Source: Negaprion brevirostris (lineage: Eukaryota). From it: a DNA stretch of 64,000 nt. Shown piece by piece: positions 37,901 to 50,469 of this stretch. The DNA is taken from assembly GCA_030324005.1 (NCBI GenBank), contig JARDVH010000031.1, positions 43,808,124 through 43,872,123 of the forward strand, in the 5' to 3' direction. The position numbers were made by a program, and so were the translations under genes. How positions within the stretch are numbered: position 1 is the first letter of the stretch; every line of letters starts with the position of its first letter. The notes beneath the pieces were generated by a model. It worked only from the letters and a program-made list of their open reading frames with translations. It did not search any database and was not told where the DNA came from.

Positions 37901-38664
37901 TAACATGAACCAAACATATTGTACCATATTTATTGATACAATACTTTCCTCTCTCTGCAGGACAAGATACTACATAAGAGATGGCAGCATCTAACTGGTA
38001 AGAGAGCTGCAACGCTGCCTGCCCTCACCTCCGTGATGTTGGCAGTGATTGGAGTGCCCACAACAGAAGCCATGGCCAGTGATGGGACTGAAACCAAAGA
38101 AGATGGTGGTATGTTCCGCCTCGATCCAACTCTCACATTCCATTTCACTTACACTGTCTTTTAAGAAGCCAGAGGTGGTGTAAGCATACATCTTTTGCTT
38201 TTCCCAATGTCCTTCAATGTAATCCCCTCTTGTGCCTTTCTCCATCTGGATACCCAAAAACTGCCACCGAGGCAAGCACATGGTGCAGAGCATAGGTTTC
38301 AAGAGGAGCAGGACACCAGAAGTGCAGAAACACTGCCACACAATCTCATACTCATGACTATCAGCATAGATGTTGGCACTGAGCAAACTATAAAGGATAA
38401 GATACAGTGGGATCTCATGGAGGCATCAGGTGCCTGCATGCTGGCTGGAGACTCACAGTGCGTCCTCTGGAAAGTTTTGCTGGTATAAGATGCCCCTTAA
38501 GTGGCCTCTGGCAGACTTTCCCTGACCCCAGAGATGGATTCCCTGCCCACTTAGAGCTGTCAGCAAACCAGAGACTAGCAGCTCTTTTGTTCACCAACAT
38601 CACCATGGAAGTGGTGGCTGCTGTGGGAATTGCAGGACATTGTCGGCCACTTTAAGACTTGAAT

Positions 38665-38885
38665 AGCAGGTTAGGTGTAAAGATTTGCAATCTAATCAGT
38701 AATCTGTAAACTGTCTGTGCTTTATATGCTCTGTCTGAGGCCAGAACTTTCCATTCACCTGATGAAGAGGTTAACCTTGAAAGCTTGTGAGTTTACTATC
38801 AAATAAGTTGGTTGGACTTAAACCTGGTGTTGTCAGACTTCTTACTGTGTTTACCTCATACAAACGCCAGCATCTCCCCATCATG
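38665..38885 (+). mobile_element. Penelope-like element pseudo-LTR fragment
   Basis: cacctgatgaag...gaaagcttgtga...caaataagttggttggactt.aacctggtgttgtcagactt matches the recalled layout of chondrichthyan Penelope pLTRs. Confidence 0.65.
38753..38792 (+). ncRNA. Minimal type I hammerhead ribozyme motif (probably degenerate)
   Basis: Stem I ATTCAC/GTGAGT; core CTGATGA (38759-38765); stem II GAGG-TTAA-CCTT; GAAA (38779-38782); palindromic stem III AGCT; CUU cleavage triplet. Confidence 0.65.
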
Positions 38886-40074
38886 CTCTGGGAATGACAG
38901 CCACTGGAGGCCTAGGATTGAGGAGTGACCCAAGCCAGGACAAGGTTATGGCAGGGGGTGTTGCAGGGTGAGGTTTGGAGTGTGCGGGTTGAAAACAACA
39001 TCAGTGATGGCTCTCAGCTGTCCCAATCTTTCCAGATGCCAGATCCCACAATGGGACAATGAGTACCTTTGAACAACGCAAGACACCAACCTCCCCAGCT
39101 CTCCCATGGGAAACCATAAGCAAGAGGCCTGTCTGCCACTGGGTTAATACCAATGTCTGTGGGATGAAGCCTTTTCATTAATTGCCACTTAAAGGCCTCA
39201 ACTGAAAGTGAGATTGGCCTTGCCATCCCCGTCTTAACTTTGGCGGAGACAGAAGAGTGCTTATATACCACCCTCCCATCAGATTAAATTTCCTTACTAC
39301 CTCTAAACATGCCAATAGGGGGCATAAAATTCCCCACAATGTGTTTCCTGACACAAATGGTCTGCAGCCAAGACTGGGGGAAACGTAGCACAGATGCCCG
39401 CTAATTGCAAAGTGAGATCACATATGAGTTCCACTGCAGGGAACTCAGATGAAAAGACTGATAAGTTGAGGGTGGCGGGGGGTTATGTACAGAAAACAGC
39501 TGATTGACAAGAATAATTAAATATTGATAAGCCTTTGATAAAGCTTGTTATCTCTGTCAAGAAACAGAGAAGTTTGGCACTAACTTGGCACAGAGCTTTG
39601 TACAGAGTCTGCAGCCCATTCTTTCCAGCCAATTTTATGACAGCACAGGGAGACCCAACCATGATGGTACACTTGGTGGCTGATGTCTCTTCTTCGATTG
39701 CCACACAAGCAGAAACCACTCAAATTCTGTGCTGCCACTGAAGCTCAGACTGAAGTCATGAAATCTCAGTTTGCTGCTATGCAGGCTTAGACTGCTGTCA
39801 CCGTGGCTGTAGATAACAATACTGAAAGAAGTTGCAGAGTGTGACAGCAATCTGTGCGCCAACAGATTACAAGGATTGAGGAGGTGCCACCCCAGGTGAG
39901 TGATAGTAGCACTGTACTAGCAAATTGGTTTAAATACTGAGGAACCAGCAGACTTTTGCAGAATAAATGCATTGACTGCTGTCAAAATAGAAGGCATTTA
40001 CCTGCGTGATGTGCTAAACATGGTCTCACACCAACCATGTGTGGTTGCAGTATATCTCAACATTCAACTGCAGT

Positions 40075-40440
40075 GCACACAAAGCCACATGCATGCAATC
40101 GAAATCCCCAACATTCTGCCGAAGTTGTGTGATGCTCGGTCTGCATTTCTCTGATTAGTGGAAGGATATCAAACTCTCCTCTCCTGGCAAAAAACAGCAT
40201 CAGTCACTTCCCATTACGTAGGTGTGGACAGAAAACTTGGGAGATGTTACAGGTGTTGCCTGCTGCTGCACTTTAGATAAAGAAATTCATGGCCAGTCAT
40301 GTTTGCAGTCACTGGCATTTATGTCCTTGCCCTGTTCTGAGGTTGCAGATCAGCCTGCACAGGGGAACAGAAGTATGTGAGTATGTCCTTCGTAGAATGG
40401 AGTTGATGCACACCTAAGGAGGAGTTTGTTCACTTTGAGT
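40075..40440 (-). mobile_element. Harbinger (HARBI1-like) nuclease relic
   Basis: Minus-strand pieces LQADLQPQNRART..PVT, EVTDA..ARRGEF and DCMHVAL (first catalytic Asp motif, canonical IDCTHV). Confidence 0.65.
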
Positions 40441-43400
40441 TTCCCTCACTTGAAGTAACATCATAAATGTTTGATCAGTAATGTCTCAGGTGTGCTGCCA
40501 TAGTCTTCTATTCCTATTCTTGATTTTGCTGAATCAAAATTCCATATTTCTGACGAGTATTTTATGGAAAATACCCACTCCCTCAGACTGCTGTGAGCCA
40601 GGAATTTCAAAGCTTAAAGCACTGTAATATGGAGCATATGAAAGACACTGGTAAGAGTATAGATATCTCCCTTCAGGATAAATAAAACTGTGAGTACAGC
40701 CTTCTTATTTATTCCATTCCCCTGAATCAAGTTTTAAGATCAAGCTTGGACATCTTTTGAAGGTATGTAGCAGAAACAGTTAATAAAAAGTCACAGAATA
40801 AAGTGCATGCAGCTTATGTTACGATTGATTGATTGCCACGCCCTTGTTTTGTAAAATAAAAGATATTTGCTCAGAATTTTATGAAATTAACTGATTTTAC
40901 AAACCAGCAATTCAGTTCAAATAAGTCAGTCTTAAAATCTTCATTGACAGCTACTGCAAATCAAAATTGCACTGCATCCTTTTGCACATGAAGTGTGAGC
41001 GGTTACATAAATTACCTCTTATTTTCCCTCTTATCATTCCTCTTTTTGTCAGGAACACAGCTCTTAGTTGGATTGTTTTTCCCTTCGTCAGTGTTGTCAA
41101 AAGAAGCAAAATAATCTTCTGCTTATTGAATAAAACTTGCCCCTTGTGCTGCAGGTGTTAAAACAAACAACCTATTACTATTCTATAGACTCTGTGCATT
41201 TTCTTATACCAAGAGATTTATACTGGTTTTAATTATAAATATCTCTAAGCTATGCTTGTCTATTTTGATACTCAGCTTTGTAGCATATTTGTATGAAAAT
41301 ATGTAGGAAAATACAAGCTATTATTTTAATTGACGAAATGTTCATCGGTTTTCTACGCTATATCATGGATTGCAATGTCACTTGTCCTTGGACATAACGG
41401 TAGTTAAATACTCTAAATCAGCCACAACAGTGTTGGCTTGTGAGTTTGATGGAGCAATTGTTACTATCTAAATCCTTTTTCATTTGGTGGAATATTACTG
41501 AAGAGCAGAATTTCTTACTCGTAGTCAGGTAATTATCTTTCTTTGATATATGGTCTTTGGAATTTCCTCTTCTGACCCTCAACCACTTGCATCATCATTT
41601 CACCTGATCTATTTGATGCGTAGATTTACTCATCATGTTTTGAAAGTGAAAACTATCCCAAGGTATTGTGCAATTTTTCAATTCAGTGAAATAAATTAGT
41701 TACCAGTCCAAAGTTGTCCAACTAATAGTACACTCGAAGAGGGCAGTATACCCTATCTCCAGTAAAATTCTGGTGCATTCTGCCTCTCTACAAGGATTTT
41801 TCTTGTACCTCTGCCATTGTCATATTGCCTTTGAGGTTATAGCACACAAAATATTTAAAGTGATTCATAATTTTAAGCTAGTCAGGTTGAAAATCATTTG
41901 CCTAATTTTGTTGCCAAAGTTTAACGGTGAGTTTAACATGCATACTATTATTGTGTAACTTGTGGCGAGATAAAGCTACTCATGAAATGTAAATTGCAAA
42001 AAGTTGCTGCATGATTTATCCCTGCAAAAATGGCAGCTTTTATGCATTAATTGCCAATTAAGATTACTGCAGAAAGGTAAGCCTAATACATTTTCAGTTA
42101 TGAGATTTTGTTCCTACTTTTCCTTTTTTTGTTCACTTTTAATTCAATCTATCTTTCCTTCCCTTTATTTTTAAAGAAATGGCATTTGATGATGCATTCA
42201 CTGACCTTGACCACCTGTGAGCGCTCATTAAACTTCTTCCTGCACTGAGTCCAGGTGGCTGGAGGCTTGTTTGTTCAGATACAAGATCTCTCTCCTCCAG
42301 TCAATCTGCACCAACTGCTACATTAGAAAACATTGGAGCACAGTAAATGCTCTGTCGCACTTCTCATGTTCAGAGACTTCTGCCTATTCACTTCCAGCAC
42401 CTGCTGCAGCCAAAATACACCTCCCATTTAAGAGATATAGGTTATCTTTAAGTAGTATCAGACCAGCTTTAGGTAGTTCTCTTGTCACATAAGCTTGGAC
42501 TCCCTGCTGAGATCATTGCCGCTCAGCAGTAGTGCATTTAGTGCTAGGCTGCGAGTTACTGTCATTATAACAAGCAGGTAACACAAAGTTGTGGACTGTT
42601 TGTATTCTAATGAAATAGTGCTAATTAATCATGCATACTGATTCCTGGGCTCATTATTGGTTTATCCAATTATTCCCCCATGATCTATTATGAATTCATA
42701 TATTTCTAGGTAATCCTGATGAAAACAGGATTGTGAGAAAATTCTTCTGGGCCTCAGTTCACCTACAAGTGGTTTGATTTCAGTGATAGTATCTGATGAG
42801 CTCCAATTGTTTGCAGAAAACTCCACACAGCAGCTATCATCATGCAACCTATTCTTCATGTCTTACTGTTTTGAATTGGTGACTGTGCACAGTTGATTGG
42901 AACATAAGGAAAGCTGAACTGAATGACCATTTCCCTCCTCTTTTCAAAGAAAATTGATCAGGCCCTAAGCAAATATGGAAGCAGGATGATAATGCAAAAT
43001 GTTTGTTTGGGGGTTACAATAATAATTTAATAATAATGATAGCATACCTTAATGTAATTTCTGCTCAAGAATCTACATGTAGCAAAGGTTAATGTGGCCA
43101 CCCATTTGAACTGCGTGAATATAAAATTGCACATGATAAATTAAGAGGCTGTAGTCAGTAACATGAGGATGATGAATATTAGGGTAATATTTAGGGATCT
43201 GGAATGTAATATTAACAGTGACTAAAGTGTTCAAAGCATTTTACAAGAGGCTGGAATATGTGTTTACAGGATATGGAGACCATAATGTTAATTCTGATTT
43301 TTGAAATAAGAGGTGGGGCGGGGGGGAGAGAGAAGGGTTGTGGGTCATGTGATGTAAGCACAAGAACGGGTACATTTTTGTGAGCTCTGATGCTATTCAT

Positions 43401-46400
43401 CTTTTAATCCTTTTATTTATTCTGATGCACAATCTAAAATTATTGAATCCTGGAGTGTCCACTCTGTGCTATGTTGCTGGAAGGTCCTGGTTAAGTTTGG
43501 GTGCCGAGGATCTGATTAACATCAAGAAAATCCTCGTATGATGAAGGTGGTTAAAGACAGGCTGGGTCGGGCAGTTTAGCTGGTGAGCATGTCAGGCTAC
43601 GTTACAGGCATCAAGATGTTGACTGCCATTGTAGGTCAAGTTGGGATTGATGGTCTCAGCTCGCTGGCACAAGTCACTGGTGCTCATATTGATGAACAGC
43701 AAGGTTTCCAAAAGAAAAGGGATGAAGCAGCGGTAAGAATCACGTCAGTTGAGTGGGTATATTTCCTTGTTGAATGCTCACCTTCAGTCCTCAGAAATCC
43801 TGCTGCATGGTTTATCAAATGGAGCTGGAGAAGGAATGTCCATGTGCCTGATCTTCCAAGGAGAGCTGAGAATAAATGCCCAGCTGAACTTGAGAACTGG
43901 CTGCCATGCTTTACATTTCAAGCTCAAAGAGACATACTGTATCCAGTCTTCGAGATCTGGGGTCAGTTCTAAGTCCTGATTGTTGGCCTTCCATTGTCCT
44001 GACCTTGGTGTTCATCAGGTGGGGCTAAAGCCGTACACAGATGGACCTCACCACCTGCCAGGACCTAGGTCACTTTCTGCTGGGGCTTTTGGGCAACAAT
44101 ACAACAGAGGTCAGAGGCTTTAGTGAAATTATACACAAATCCTTGATATTGCTCAACAATCCTGCCAAGGCTATGGCTTTTTCAAACTCTGTAGATGGCT
44201 GTTATCTTGCAGTTTGTCATTAATCCTGAACTACTCCCTTTGTGATTATAATCCTGATTTTGTGATGCTGTCTTATCCTGTCAAAGGTGTTTGATATATG
44301 TGCACTTTGGCATATGTCGCTTGTTTTCCTGTTATTCTTTGAAAGCCAGGAATATCCATTTATTTATAATGGAATTCAGCCACCTGTACGCTCTGGTGGT
44401 GCAATGAGGAAGACCTTAGTTTAAGATGCATTACTGTTTGTCCCTGCCTCTGCATAGGTAGAGTTGGGGAAAATATATGCTGATTCACATCTGAGGATAG
44501 TCGGAAAATCCTTGGTTATCTAGCCTTTTTTTGGTTGGTTTCCTATATTTTCATTGGCTACTTGGTAGTTTGGCTCCTGGAGTGGCCAGTGAGCACATCA
44601 TCCTGTTCAGAGAAGGAAATTATTTTCCTCCCAAGATAGCCTACTGTGGATGTCTAGATAATTCCTCCTCCTGTTGTGACGGAGGAAAAATGGTTGGAAT
44701 ATGTTAATGGCAGGGCCTGAAGAATGTCTCAGGTGTGACTGGGAATAAGGGAAGTTTCTTTTGTTTGAAGCCCTATGGTGGCGCGAGTACTCCTGGCTTG
44801 TCAGTTCTTTTTTTAAACTGTGTCATTGTTCTATGTTTACCTCGACTAGGTAGGTTAGGGCAGTAGCTACATTGATTATCCATTACTGGATCCTATGGAA
44901 AATATATTAGATGAGGAATAAGCTGTCTTTCCCTGGGGACTTCCAGACAACGCTATCTGAGTTTCTCCTACAAGGTTATATGGCTATGTTCTCGATATTC
45001 TGCATGTGAGTGTGTACTGTCAACCCATGTCGTGTGTCTATGGTCTTGTCCTGATGTTCCTCTCACTGAGATTCCCTTTCATTTTCTGGGTCATTGGGAT
45101 ACTGACAGAGGCTCTGATTTATTACATTTGATCTCATGGGTTTTCCTTCATCTTATTAGGAAGCGAAGGATTGTATCTTTTCCTGAGACAGCCTGTCTGT
45201 GGGTGTCTTGATGATTCTTCTTCTTCTGGTTGGTGGGGTCTCCTTGGTAGGTAAGGTAATGAGTAGGTAATGGGTAAGATTTTTCGGTTGATGGTGGGGC
45301 TTGAGCGGCACCTCCAGTGTGGCCGGAAACGTGTGAAATTTATTTTGTGGTGAGCCCATGCATATTGTGCAAATCTTTGGCATATTAGCTCTTCTTTNNN
45401 NNNNNNNATATCCCTTTAGTTTTGGCTGTGGAGGCAAGGGTAGCAGCTATTTTGAAAATTTGTGCTTACAAGGTGTGGAAGTTATACTATTGATTAGGTC
45501 TCCCTAATGGAAGGGAACCTGTTATTTGTGGCTTCTGGGGAAAGTTTAGATACCCAGGCACTGTTTAATCTGCACTCTTCCTGGGAAGTTGTGTAGCTCT
45601 GCTCCTGTTATCCTGTGTGTGAGTGTATACACTGTAATACCACGTCTTGGGTTTGGGGTTGTATCTTGATGTTCCCCTCTTTTTGGGGTATCCCTTCATT
45701 CTTCAGAAATCTTGGGGCACGGTTTTAGGCTCCAAGTGTTTGTATTTGATCCTATGGGGGACTCCCTTATGCTATGTAGCTCAGTCCTCATTGTTCTGTG
45801 GGTGAGCACATGCACATTGTGCCACGTGCTCATGGCTTTCTCTATCCTTGATATTCCCCCGTTCTGTGTACTTTCCTTTCATTATCCATACGAAGGGAGG
45901 CACTGGTTACAACAATTATAATTAATAATCAATATTCCAAACCAATTGTAACGATATTTGCCAGTCTTTTCTGTAGTTGTGGAAAAATGATTTGTAGTAT
46001 ACCAATCCTTGAAGGTTTGTTGCATTGTTTGTAACAATGGGGAAAAAAATGTTAAATAAAAATATTTTTAAAAAAGAGGCCAATGGATCTGCAGAAATTC
46101 TATGAAATAATTAAGTTCCTATATGAAGATTGAAAAATGAATTACAATTTATTAGGATTTTCAGGAAGCAATTAGTAAAGTATTATACGTGAAATGTCCA
46201 TAAAAGCAACAACAATCCACAGAAACAATGGTTAATAAGTTAATCGATATTGAAAAATTGCTTTGCAGTAGAAAGCAAAAGATGATGAATGAAAAAAGTT
46301 CTGTTGAATTCCCTGGAAGTTCAAATCTTTTGTAACTGACGTGGAACAGAGTACTTCCTGCACAATAATACAAAATTTGTCGAGAAACTCTAGCTATACA

Positions 46401-47024
46401 AACATGTGGTTAGTATTAGCAGCATTTCATGTGATTTGGTTTGATTAATTGGATAGGGCAGAGAAAAGTAGCTAGATTTTGCAAAGTACATATTTTGGAG
46501 CAAGAAATATTTTGACAAAATAAATAAGTGCTACTTTGGATAAATCTCACAGCACCTGCTACTTCTTGGAAATCTCCCACCAAAGTATTAATCCAGCTCA
46601 TTTAGCTGTTAAAATCAACCATTAGAAAGCTCATTTGTGGTAAGTGGTCTCAGGCAAGCGAAGACTTTCAGTCTCTCTCGCCCATCCATTCAGAGTATTC
46701 CCTTGGTGCGCTCATTATAATCCTGAATGCCATTTGATGACAAGACCTGTCTAGTTCCTTCTTGAAACCAATTAAAGTTTCTTGTTCCCCGCACCCATAC
46801 CAGTACTCTGTATTCCACATACTTAGAACCCTTTTAGGAAAAATATCTCTCCTGACTTCCCCTTGTTATCCTTAATTTGTAAATATGATCCTTTATGCTC
46901 AGGCTCTGTACATAGCAAAACAGTTTACTTGGATTCAATTTGACCAAAGCATTCATAAACTTGAAATATTTATATCCCCTCTCAGTTTTTTTCAAAGAGA
47001 AAAAAAACTATCTTTTAATCTTTC

Positions 47025-49797
47025 AAAAGCAAAATACTGCAGATACTGAAAATCTGAAATAAAAAAGTGCTCAATACTCAGTAGGTCAGGCAGCATCTCT
47101 GAAGAAAAACATAATTAATGGGCATAATTCTCCAATTTTCAGATCAGGTCTGGTGGCGCCTTTCCCACTTGCCAGGTTCTGCACTTGGAAGTTCATTAAT
47201 TACGCACAGTGAGTTCCTCTCTGGTGGGCCAGCAGCTGGTTCATCTGCCTGGCATCAGCTGGCAGGTTTGAAGATCCTGCCGCCTTACTTAAACATGAGT
47301 CCATGACATTCTTATCACTCTATACAGAACTCTTGTCTTCATGAGGTTCTCCATCACGTCTGGAATCCAGAAGCAAAAGGCACCACCTGCTTTAAGTGCC
47401 CTCAAGGCCCTTATACAGCATGCCTGGGCCCACTGATATGTTCTGTACCCCAGGGACAGCTCAAAGCGGCACATGAACCTCATGTCTCTGGCCTGGGAGG
47501 CCCAGGAGGTCAGTGTTGCTACCATCTACCTGTGAAGCACCATCCAGTGCAGGAAGCAGATGAATGATCTTATCCACTCTGCCAAGATAAGGTTTCTCTT
47601 AGCTCCCTCCACTATCAAACTCTCACATGGCATCAGACTCTCAAATGGCTACCCGCTTTACAGATCTCATACATTCAGTTGTGCAGGACATGTATCAAAA
47701 CTTACACTCTCAAGACTTTCACAACACCACCACCCCATCTGTCTTATTGATCAAACTTCAATCTCTGTCCCTTCTACCCGCACCAACTCCAGCTGTGCAA
47801 GCAGCCAAGGGTGTTTTGCCCGAGTAGGAGACCTTTTTGAGGCCCGGCCCCTCCAGGACTTGGGGCCCCCTAAGAGAATGTCATCACAGGTATCAGCAAA
47901 CTACCTCTACTCTTGCTGTGGATGTCAGGGCTAGAACAAGGCATAGTGGTAGGGTTAGGAAAGCTAAAAAGTCTTGAGGTCACCTCAGACTTTTAAAAAC
48001 CATTCCATGGGTATATGAATGTAGTGGTCAGATGAAAGTATTTTGGTTTCGATTTTTGCAATCTTCTTATTTTGAATTTCAATTTTTCTTACATTCATCA
48101 TGTCTTCTTTTAAGATTAAAATTCATATGATGTCAACCTCTGTGGAACTTGTTACTTGTGTGTTGTCATAGAAATATGTGTAATTCCTCATTAGGGGTGT
48201 ATGATGAGTGAGCTCTCAATTTTTGGTCCTTAAGGGATAGCAATGACTGAGGAGGACTCATCAGACATGTGACTCTCTGTACACCTGGGTTTCCTTACTA
48301 ATACTGTCCCAAACCAAGATACGCAGTTTACAATGTAAGCCCTACACTGGTCCGTACATCCTTCGCGGCAGTATTTTTCTTCCTTGGNNNNNNNNNNNNN
48401 NNNNNNNNNNNNNNNNNNNNNNNNNNNNNNNNNNNNNNNNNNNNNNNNNNNNNNNNNNNNNNNNNNNNNNNNNNNNNNNNNNNNNNNNNNNNNNNNNNNN
48501 NNNNNNNNNNNNNNNNNNNNNNNNNNNNNNNNNNNNNNNNNNNNNNNNNNNNNNNNNNNNNNNNNNNNNNNNNNNNNNNNNNNNNNNNNNNNNNNNNNNN
48601 NNNNNNNNNNNNNNNNNNNNNNNNNNNNNNNNNNNNNNNNNNNNNNNNNNNNNNNNNNNNNNNNNNNNNNNNNNNNNNNNNNNNNNNNNNNNNNNNNNNN
48701 NNNNNNNNNNNNNNNNNNNNNNNNNNNNNNNNNNNNNNNNNNNNNNNNNNNNNNNNNNNNNNNNNNNNNNNNNNNNNNNNNNNNNNNNNNNNNNNNNNNN
48801 NNNNNNNNNNNNNNNNNNNNNNNNNNNNNNNNNNNNNNNNNNNNNNNNNNNNNNNNNNNNNNNNNNNNNNNNNNNNNNNNNNNNNNNNNNNNNNNNNNNN
48901 NNNNNNNNNNNNNNNTGCAATAGCAGGACACCAATGTTCACCCTACATTACCTCTGTTTACCATCCCTCCATCCCCGCTCTTTGCACAGTCCTCCTTCCA
49001 TACTGCCCCCATATCTTCATCAGCCCATTTGTCTCACACCTGACCCCCCCTCCAGTCAAAACTTGGGCTTTTTTTTAATGAGGGCTGCATGAATCCCACA
49101 GCATGGTGCAGTCCAGATAGATACCAAGTATGTGGCACTAGAAGGAGAGGGGGCCAGAAGAGACCTCTGTACTCCCCAACTCCAGGCATATACTGATCTG
49201 ACCCAGTGACTCAGGAGGGTCCATGGGTCCAGCAGCACAGTGCTGCCCATGAAGACTGACCACCATGGAGATACAGGGCAGGAATCGGTCTGTCCCAGCA
49301 GAATAATGAACAAAGCATATGGAGCAGCACAACATTGTAGCAGATAGGCTTTGTTACACTCACTTCAAAGGCTCTTACAAATTGAGAACCTCTTTGTGCA
49401 TGCTACTCATTATCAATTGCTTTCGGACAGTATAAACTCATGCTGACATGGCACAAGATTGGAAAACCTGATGAAATTTCAACTAGCAGCTATTTTAATG
49501 AGCATTTATGAGATGCAAATTAATGTAAATGGTATTCACACCACTTGTCAGCAGGAAGACTGACCTACTATTAACCATTGGGAAAATGCAACGCGATTTT
49601 ATTTCGGTGGCTTTCTGATCTTTTGATTCTCCAATCCCGCTTGTCATCAAACTCAGCAGCGGTGCTAAGGGAAAATCTGTCCAACTTTTCAATTTGACGA
49701 TCCAACATCAGAAAGGTCAGTGGCCTGAAATAATAACTTCGTTTCTCTCTGCTGCCTGACCTGCTGAGTACTTCCACAATTTTTTTGTTTTATTTCA
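47025..49797. mobile_element. Palindromic Penelope-derived short element split into two arms (47025-47119 and 49683-49797)
   Basis: Left arm actcagtaggtcaggcagca and right arm tgctgcctgacctgctgagt are reverse complements; single arms also occur at ~34240-34290 and ~58735-58830. Confidence 0.7.
47120..49682 (+). mobile_element. Harbinger-type element carrying a Myb/SANT-like gene relic
   Basis: Imperfect TIRs GGGCATAATTCTCC / revcomp GGACAGATTTTCCC; flanking AAT/AAC triplets; AWE..EVSV...TIQCRKQMNDL at ~47490-47575. Boundaries are confirmed by rejoining the interrupted host repeat. Confidence 0.65.
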
Positions 49798-50179
49798 ATC
49801 ATTCTTTATTTATCAATTCCTAAAATTTTAGGATCAAATGTGTTGCCTTTCTCTGTACCCCTTCAACATCTGAATATCTTTCATGAAATAGAGGAACCAA
49901 AATGTAGAGTAGATCAGATGTGGTCTTAGGAGGGTCAAATAATAATTTCAAAATGATTCTCTAGATTTATACACTATGTCCCTTGTTGTTGATCCCAAAA
50001 ATATTGGATTTTTTTAATTGCCAGATGGTTTAGTGATCTGTCCACTAAAACCCAGAGATCTTGCTCCTGCTCTAACAACCCAATTACATTTCCATTTAGC
50101 AAATAATCCATGTCAGTTTACCTTTATCAAATCTCGTTAGATTTAGGGGAATGGTAGAATATTGGGAATGTTGGGTTGT

Positions 50180-50460
50180 ACAGTGGCACAGTGGTTAACA
50201 CTGCTGCCTGATAGTGCCAGGAACCTGGGTTCAATTCCCTGCTTTCTGTCTGTACGGAGTCAGCACGTTCTCCCTGTGTCTGTGTGGATTTCCTCTGGAC
50301 GTTCCAGTTTCCTCCCACAGTCCCAAAGACCTGCTGGTTAGGTGCATTGGCCATGCTAAGTTCTCCCTGAGTGTACCTGAATTGGCACCAGAGTGTGGCG
50401 ACTAGGGGATTTTTACAGTAACTTCATGTAAGCCTACTTGTGACACTAATAAATAAATTC
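50180..50460 (+). mobile_element. V-SINE, second tail type
   Basis: cagtggcacagtggttaacactgctgcc, B-box gggttcaattcc, V-domain, tail gactaggggattttt...cttgtgacactaataaataaa. Confidence 0.85.
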
Positions 50461-50469
50461 TAAGGTTTT

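Larger units (their letters stand above)
46640..50130 (-). mobile_element. Old CR1 fragment interrupted by nested insertions (pieces ~46640-47024 and ~49798-50130)
   Basis: Both flanks read as successive parts of a reverse CR1 ORF2 3' region (aagcattcataaacttgaaatatttatatcccctctcag ... gaaatagaggaaccaaaatgtagagtagatcagatgtggtct). Confidence 0.55.

Noticed and set aside
42792-42822. CTGATGA...GAAA hammerhead-like spacing
   Set aside because: No stem II or stem I pairing; other CTGATGA hits (11506, 18204, 20232, 53631) also fail.
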